Shown here: positions 59,201 through 64,000 of the stretch, one piece after another
Layout: each line of letters opens with the position of its first letter
Numbering within the stretch: the stretch's first letter is position 1
Source of the DNA: Bugula neritina
Taxonomy: Eukaryota; Animalia; Bryozoa
Direction: 5' to 3'
NCBI GenBank assembly: GCA_964035545.1
Contig: OZ037771.1
Coordinates: forward strand, 12,585,133-12,649,132
Length of the DNA: 64,000 nt
Translations under genes and position numbers: made by a program
Notes under the pieces: model-generated
Database searches by the model: none
What the model saw: the letters and a program-made list of their open reading frames with translations, nothing else
What the model was told of the DNA's origin: nothing

Positions 59201-62052
59201 CCTCTCCTACCTGCCAGCCTTATTGAGCCGCTATTTATGAGACATTCATTACCACGCCTGATCTCAAGTTGATGACCAAATGATTTTTAGCTAGAGATGG
59301 TATTGCATATGATGTCATACGGCTGCAGCTCAGTGAACCTAGTTTATCTGCTGAGTGTAGCAAGTTGATGGCACATACCTAGTCATTTCTCAACATCCCT
59401 TTATACTGCTGGAAAGATGCCTACCACAACATATTACACTGGCAGTCAAATAATAGCAGTTGAATACTGGGTATCAAAACTTGGTCAAGATTCCGTTGTC
59501 AAACAATGGACATAGCTGACATCTTCTCCTGACAGTCTACCAAATATTTACTTTACCAAATACTTACTTCACCAAATACTTACTCTACCAAATACTTACT
59601 CTATCAAATACTTACTCTACCAAATACCCATTTTACAAGATGTTAGTGACACTTTTCAACCTGAAAATTTATAGTTGCAGAACTTCTGTTGCTAAAATTC
59701 CAAATTTCTTTTTTTTAAAAAAGTCAACCTAAAACTGCTGCATTGTGGGCATCTTTAGTCTGTCATAAATTTTTCTCATTCCTAAATATAATAATCTGCC
59801 GGTTAGCAATAATTATTTTTGCAACAAAAACACACCTTAGGTCGGTGTTTTCTCTCTACACAATGACTAATATGTCTTGAAAGATAGGTGACATTTGGAG
59901 TATTGTTAATTGTTAATAGTATGAATTTTTACCCGCTGGTGTTGTCTACTCTTACAAGTAACACTAGTGGTGACATCACAGATGGCGCTATACAATCTGT
60001 CCTATGCAACCTTCCCTGGCCTTCCAAGGTCAACAACCTCTCTATATACTTTTTGTTTATTTTAACATTATTTCACATCCTGTTGTTTGTAAACATCAAT
60101 CCTTATTACCTTTAGCAATAACATTAATGTGTTTGTGAATAATGAAATCATAATTTCCTATTCTAATAAGCCAGTTCCGGTTATATGGAATATAGATGAA
60201 GGGACAAACAACTCTAGCCCAGCTTCCCTCAACCCTCGTTCTCATCACCTTTTAAAAATCCAAATTTCGTCAACTCAGCTTTCAATTATTTTTGGAATTT
60301 AAAGCCTGAATTCATTAAAAATATCTATAAATCATTCCTAGAAGTTGAGCTATGAAAGTTCTGTCTGCACTTGTCTCAAGAACTCAGTGCCACCATGTTT
60401 TAATAGCATGTGGTACAAGCTCACCTGGACTCTATTCTGTGGGGATGCACTCATTAGAAATCTCTTGAGTCTAAGTTCCTTGCTGATTATAGGATCCCAG
60501 GCTATAAGACATTCTCAGCATTCTAATAGATAGTATAATATGTTTTCTACCAACGCAACTAGGCTATGCTCACTTCAATACACTGTCAGTATGTAAGGAC
60601 TTTCTGCAACTGTATCATCTATATGTAGTTAGACACTCCTTATAACATTGATTCGCCTTATTGCCTCTGCTCCACCCATCCGTTGAGCTGTTTGAAGGGC
60701 GCTAACATACCCCCCTCCCTAACGTTGCCAAGAGTTGTGCAGCAGGTTTAGCCTAAGTGCGCTAATTAATGTAGAATACTGGATAGTTAGGATGCTCAAC
60801 GTGGTAGAGTATATTGCCAGGGTATTATTAATATAATGATGATACATAGACTATCTATGCATACTCTATAATATTCTCTTATATTCATTAAACGAATTAG
60901 GACACCAAATATGCTAGCTGTGCTTGAACTTTAGCTGCTGATGCCGCTTGCAATGCCCCTAGCCTTAGGCACTGCGCATAGATTATTTAAGTCAATATTG
61001 ATTGCATGGAAAGGCTGTAAGACAGCATCATATATATTTACGTTATGCTGGCTAGATTGAAGCTTCAAAATGAAGTATGCTGTAGGTTTGTGTGCCGTGC
61101 TCTGTAGCATGCCAAGAAATTAGCTCTAATTCCTTCACTGTTACGGAGACATAATAGTGAAGAGTTTATTCACATGACTGTTGAAACATATTATTGTAAC
61201 TGGTTTGGAACTCACCCAAACCTTCATTCTCACCCTTCTCAGTGCCAAAACAATCAAACATCTATTTCTCACAATCTAAGCCTCGGATCATTGAATCTTG
61301 GTCAAGCCTGGAAATTTCGTTCACCAAATCATGAGCTCAGTAATGAGGTTTGATTTTTGAATTTTAGAGCTCTAAACTTTCATTGGCTCTATTCTTGTTC
61401 CAATTTACTATTCGGCTAACCCTAGGTTTATCAGCGGCTTTTGATTCGTTATTGTTTTTAAGTTGGTGGGTTATGTGAAATGGAAACTATCTAATAACCT
61501 TACCTAATATTCACCTGCAAGCTATGTTATACATTCTGTCACCTACTACCACCTGCAGTCATTTCTCTTACATGTTACTCTCTGCTAATATATTTCAGGT
61601 GATGCTGTGGTGAAAGTAGGTGGTCCAGTCTATAGGATTGGTGTGGGAGGAGGTGCTGCCAGTTCCATACAGGTGAGACGACTATATGTAGCTGGTACCT
61701 TGTCTGTGAAATGTGGACAATAAACTACATTGTGGAGTTGTGCTTTGTACAATAGTGTTGAGTGATTATACAAAGTTTACGTTTCTGGTGCTGGATTTAA
61801 AATTTAGCAGAAAGTTGTACATTAAAATAAATAAATTTATTAGCCAACTCTGTTTTTCAGTGGAAAATATTTGCTCACTTCAGTTTTGTTCAAACCTTTC
61901 TAATAATTTTCTATTTCATGTGGCTTGCATAGAATTATCTTTGTTAATGCTAAAGAGAGAGGACAACTGCCTATCTATATATATATTATTTATCCTAAAT
62001 AATTAACAATATTAGCAATATGATATAATTGCTTACACACACACACGCACTC

Positions 62053-62150
<98 letters not shown>

Positions 62151-63891
62151 TACAATGTAGACTGAGTGGTCTGTTGTAAGGTTCAAGGTGACAATGCCAG
62201 TAACCTTGACCTTGGTGCAGTACAGAGAGGGGATGCAGAGATGGAGCAGAAGATGAATAGAATAATCAGGGCATGCATAGAGAGTGAGGAAGGGGCAGGC
62301 AATCTCATACGAAGTATACATGATCAAGGGGCTGGGGGAAATGGTAAAGTACTTTTAAGTGTGACATTCCTTCACAAAACAAAAAATAAAAAAAATTTTT
62401 TCTGAAGTGGAATGCGAAATGTTCTATGCAGGCAGTGTTAATCAAATTTATTAAAAACTGTTTGTCTAATCCTCCCATAAGTTGTCATATGATAGGAGAG
62501 TTTCATTGTCTTCCCTCCAGGAAATGTGTTGAAAGAGATTTGTGAACCGAATGGTGCGGTAATACATAGTGATGCATTTGAACTGGGTGACCCAACCATC
62601 AATATATTGGAGTTGTGGGGAGCTGAGTACCAGGTAAGTGTTTGGAGACAGTTAGTTGGGTATTCAGTAGTTTGTTGTGGGAACTGACTATTTGGTGAAG
62701 ACTTGCCAGATATTTGCTATGTGAAACTTTGAATGATTGGCTGTGATGTTGTTAAGTTACTGTCATGTTGCTAGGTTACTGTCATGTTGCTAGGTTACTG
62801 TCATGTTGCTAGGTTACTGTCATGTTGCTGTCCTATTACAGGAGAGTAATGCATTGTTGATAGACTCTGAACACAAGTCACAGCTGTCTAGCATAGCAAA
62901 AAGAGAGAAATGTCAAGTCGACTTTGTCGGTGAAATTACTGGTACTGGCAAGGTAGGGTATTTCTAGGTAACATGTTGAAAAACTGTGCTATACTATTTT
63001 TTTATGTGTCATAAATTGTCAGCAAAAGTGAAACTTGAGTGACCAACTGTATTTGCCTTTGACTTTACTGCCCTACTATATATTATTTCATGTTGAAATC
63101 TTACTCGCTATTTTCACAAGTTTGCAATTAATTGAAATAAAACTGTAAAATTAAACCTTAAAAAGTGGACTCGTTAATAGTGATCCACCAATAGATCACT
63201 GCCTCAGAAACTTGTAGCAGTATTCGTTCAGCATTTTGATTTCTGTACTAAACAGTCCATTTTTCCACTTGTGTGAAGTTTTAGCTAGCAGTCCATGCGG
63301 AATTTCACTTCAAGTGGCCTTGGCCTTAGCTTTTGTTTGTAGCTCATAGAGATGTAGATGGAATTTTCCCCCTACTGTTTCTTATTTCTCATATTTTTTG
63401 ACTTTGATGTATTGTACAAGCTTATATCTGCTTACTCGTATGATAAAAACATCTTCAAAGAGTTGCCTTTGCATTCACTCTCAGGTTCAACTCACCCCGT
63501 TTGGTTATCTCAAAGGAAAGCAAGAAGAGCAAACTGATGGAAACGGGCAGTTATCTCCACCACGTAAAAAGCTGTGCCCAGTGTTTCCTGTTGACTTGGA
63601 GCTGGAGCATGTTCTTGGAGATATGCCCAAAAAGGTAGACAACATTCTTTCAGCTTCTAATCGGTAATCGGTATTCTATCAAGTGTGGTGGTCAAGCCTT
63701 CGTGTCACAAGGCACAAGCTTTTTAGTTCATCATTACTTGGAGTTGTGTTTCCTTTTAGGTGTTCAATTTGAAAAGAATAGCTTCAGTTTTAAAACCACT
63801 GAAACTGCCAAACGATGTACAAGTTTATGATGCACTGAGTAGAGTTCTGCGCCTCCCGTCCGTTTCGTCTAAGCGATATCTCACAAACAAG
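35850..63891 (+). CDS. PFAS: Phosphoribosylformylglycinamidine synthase (FGAMS, large PurL), first 16 coding exons (703 codons); continues right of the window
   Basis: Exons 35850-35994, 36309-36471, 36702-36869, 37427-37554, 38596-38704, 44629-44769, 45154-45278, 46069-46197, 46654-46767, 47280-47423, 61599-61672, 62181-62343, 62521-62633, 62842-62952, 63485-63634, 63760-63891. Motifs include [84 protein letters not shown] and SKRYLTNK. Confidence 0.97.
36883..37160. repeat. 22-bp minisatellite (atactactaatatactgtatgt)n starting about 13 nt after the PFAS exon-3 donor
   Basis: About 12 copies. Confidence 0.92.
37703..37880 (-). mobile_element. tRNA-derived SINE, copy 3 (more diverged)
   Basis: aaaactcacccaagtttatagtcac...gctaaggacttatt...caattatgactg matches copy 2. 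Confidence 0.7.
38857..42866 (-). CDS. Golgi carbohydrate sulfotransferase (Sulfotransfer_2, CHST8-14/HNK-1ST-like), about 357 aa, nested antisense in PFAS intron 5
   Basis: Exons 42750-42866 (signal anchor [16 protein letters not shown]), 42401-42657, 40948-41064 (5'-PSB-like [13 protein letters not shown]), 40464-40559 and 38857-39343 (3'-[36 protein letters not shown]). 1074 nt open. The acceptor at 41064 was chosen by phase. Confidence 0.85.
39520..40288. mobile_element. Non-autonomous TTAA-specific TIR element (Kolobok/T2-MITE-like), 769 bp
   Basis: TTAA|AGGATTGCTCTATCTT ... AAGATAGAGCAATCCT|TTAA, a perfect 16-bp TIR with AGG/CCT termini. Confidence 0.82.
41681..42185. mobile_element. 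Old foldback element with about 210-bp diverged inverted arms
   Basis: Paired blocks aatatggaaag/ctttccatatt, caggaaaagca/tgcttttcctg, acatttgtacactttt/aaaagtgtacaaatgt, aaggttaagactg/cagtcttaacctt and cacacccaaa/tttgggtgtg. Confidence 0.75.
43791..44015 (-). pseudogene. Relic duplicate of the 3' end of the nested sulfotransferase last exon
   Basis: Highly similar to 38857-39060, with an in-frame CAG>TAG stop and a 21-bp internal duplication (gcgtttctatg.gtcagggt). Confidence 0.88.
45281..45478. repeat. 19-bp minisatellite (aacttgttgctacagccct)n abutting the PFAS exon-7 donor
   Basis: About 10 copies. The unit resembles the exon end AACTTTCCTACAG joined to intronic CCCT. Confidence 0.92.
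45764..45991. mobile_element. Non-autonomous hAT (Charlie-like) element, diverged
   Basis: Termini TCAGGGTGGGCAAC / GTTGCCCACTCCTG, GTGGCCC motifs, and TSD CGCTAGAG/CTCTAGAG (7 of 8; NTCTAGAN-type target). Confidence 0.78.
47408..47574 (+). repeat. 34-37-bp tandem repeat containing five copies of the PFAS exon-10 donor
   Basis: GGTCAG|GT(T/C)AG after 47423, 47460, 47497, 47531 and 47565. Confidence 0.9.
47575..47771. repeat. Inverted copy (47607-47749) of 44775-44917 enclosed by a perfect 22-bp inverted repeat
   Basis: IR GTAATAGTAAAGGTCCTGACCT (47575-47596) / AGGTCAGGACCTTTACTATTAC (47750-47771). The inner 143 bp is reverse-complementary to the start of PFAS intron 6 with only a few mismatches. 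Confidence 0.92.
48788..54354 (-). CDS. NHL-repeat beta-propeller protein with a long S/T/N-rich N-terminus (about 496 aa), nested antisense in PFAS intron 10
   Basis: Exons 53800-54354, 53307-53441, 51876-51992, 51512-51703, 50918-51151, 50332-50526 and a probable terminal exon 48788-48850, all phase 0. NHL motifs include [64 protein letters not shown] and [16 protein letters not shown]. The start codon and last exon are less certain. Confidence 0.82.
52455..52596. repeat. 21-bp tandem repeat (ttaccaacactgggttgctc-like)
   Basis: About 6-7 degenerate copies in an NHL-gene intron. Confidence 0.8.
56003..56232. repeat. Short tandem array (tacatacatagtagtaagtattgtatactt... units) followed by (CA)n
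   Basis: Four related units, then a CA microsatellite at about 56185-56230. Confidence 0.8.
59538..59630. repeat. 17-bp tandem repeat (ctaccaaatacttact) about x5
   Basis: Direct inspection. Confidence 0.85.
60350..60700 (-). mobile_element. Possible highly decayed non-LTR retrotransposon fragment
   Basis: The minus-strand peptide ...[13 protein letters not shown] resembles the pre-RT ELLKxGG segment of RTE-like elements. There is no further support. Confidence 0.2.
62034..62145. repeat. (CA)n microsatellite about 35 nt upstream of the PFAS exon-12 acceptor
   Basis: Direct inspection. Confidence 0.98.
62756..62830. repeat. 19-bp tandem repeat (gttactgtcatgttgctag) x4 abutting the PFAS exon-14 acceptor
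   Basis: Three units end in TAG|G, forming decoy acceptors upstream of the real TTACAG at 62841. Confidence 0.88.
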
Positions 63892-64000
63892 GTGAGACTC
63901 AATGGAAAATCTAGTATTTAATATTATGTTGATGTTTATGTATGGGCCGTCAAGTATAATTATTTGAAAACATTGTTGTTCATATTTTCAAATGTCTTAC

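Overview
AT-rich, intron-rich genomic DNA of an invertebrate animal (species not determinable here). Hand-spliced GT-AG gene models with consistent reading phase give, left to right: the 5' coding exons of a CDKL5-type kinase (-, runs off the left edge), a 13-exon DUF229 alkaline-phosphatase/sulfatase-superfamily gene (-), a MADF+BESS-type DNA-binding protein (+), a complete ABCE1/RLI1 (-), a 5'-truncated CR1/L2-group LINE with intact ORF2 (-), and the first 16 coding exons of PFAS/FGAMS (+, runs off the right edge). PFAS hosts two complete antisense nested genes: a CHST-type sulfotransferase in intron 5 and an NHL-repeat protein in the 14 kb intron 10. Introns carry a tRNA-derived SINE family and non-autonomous TIR elements (piggyBac-, hAT/Charlie-, Kolobok- and Harbinger-like, plus foldbacks). 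The least explained signals are: minisatellites that sit at, and often copy, exon-intron junctions; a 143-bp inverted copy of the PFAS intron-6 start placed after exon 10 between perfect 22-bp inverted repeats; low-complexity ACT/AGT/AAT tracts confined to gene 5' ends; and a promoterless LINE co-oriented with a probable housekeeping promoter. Coordinates were counted by eye and no searches were run.
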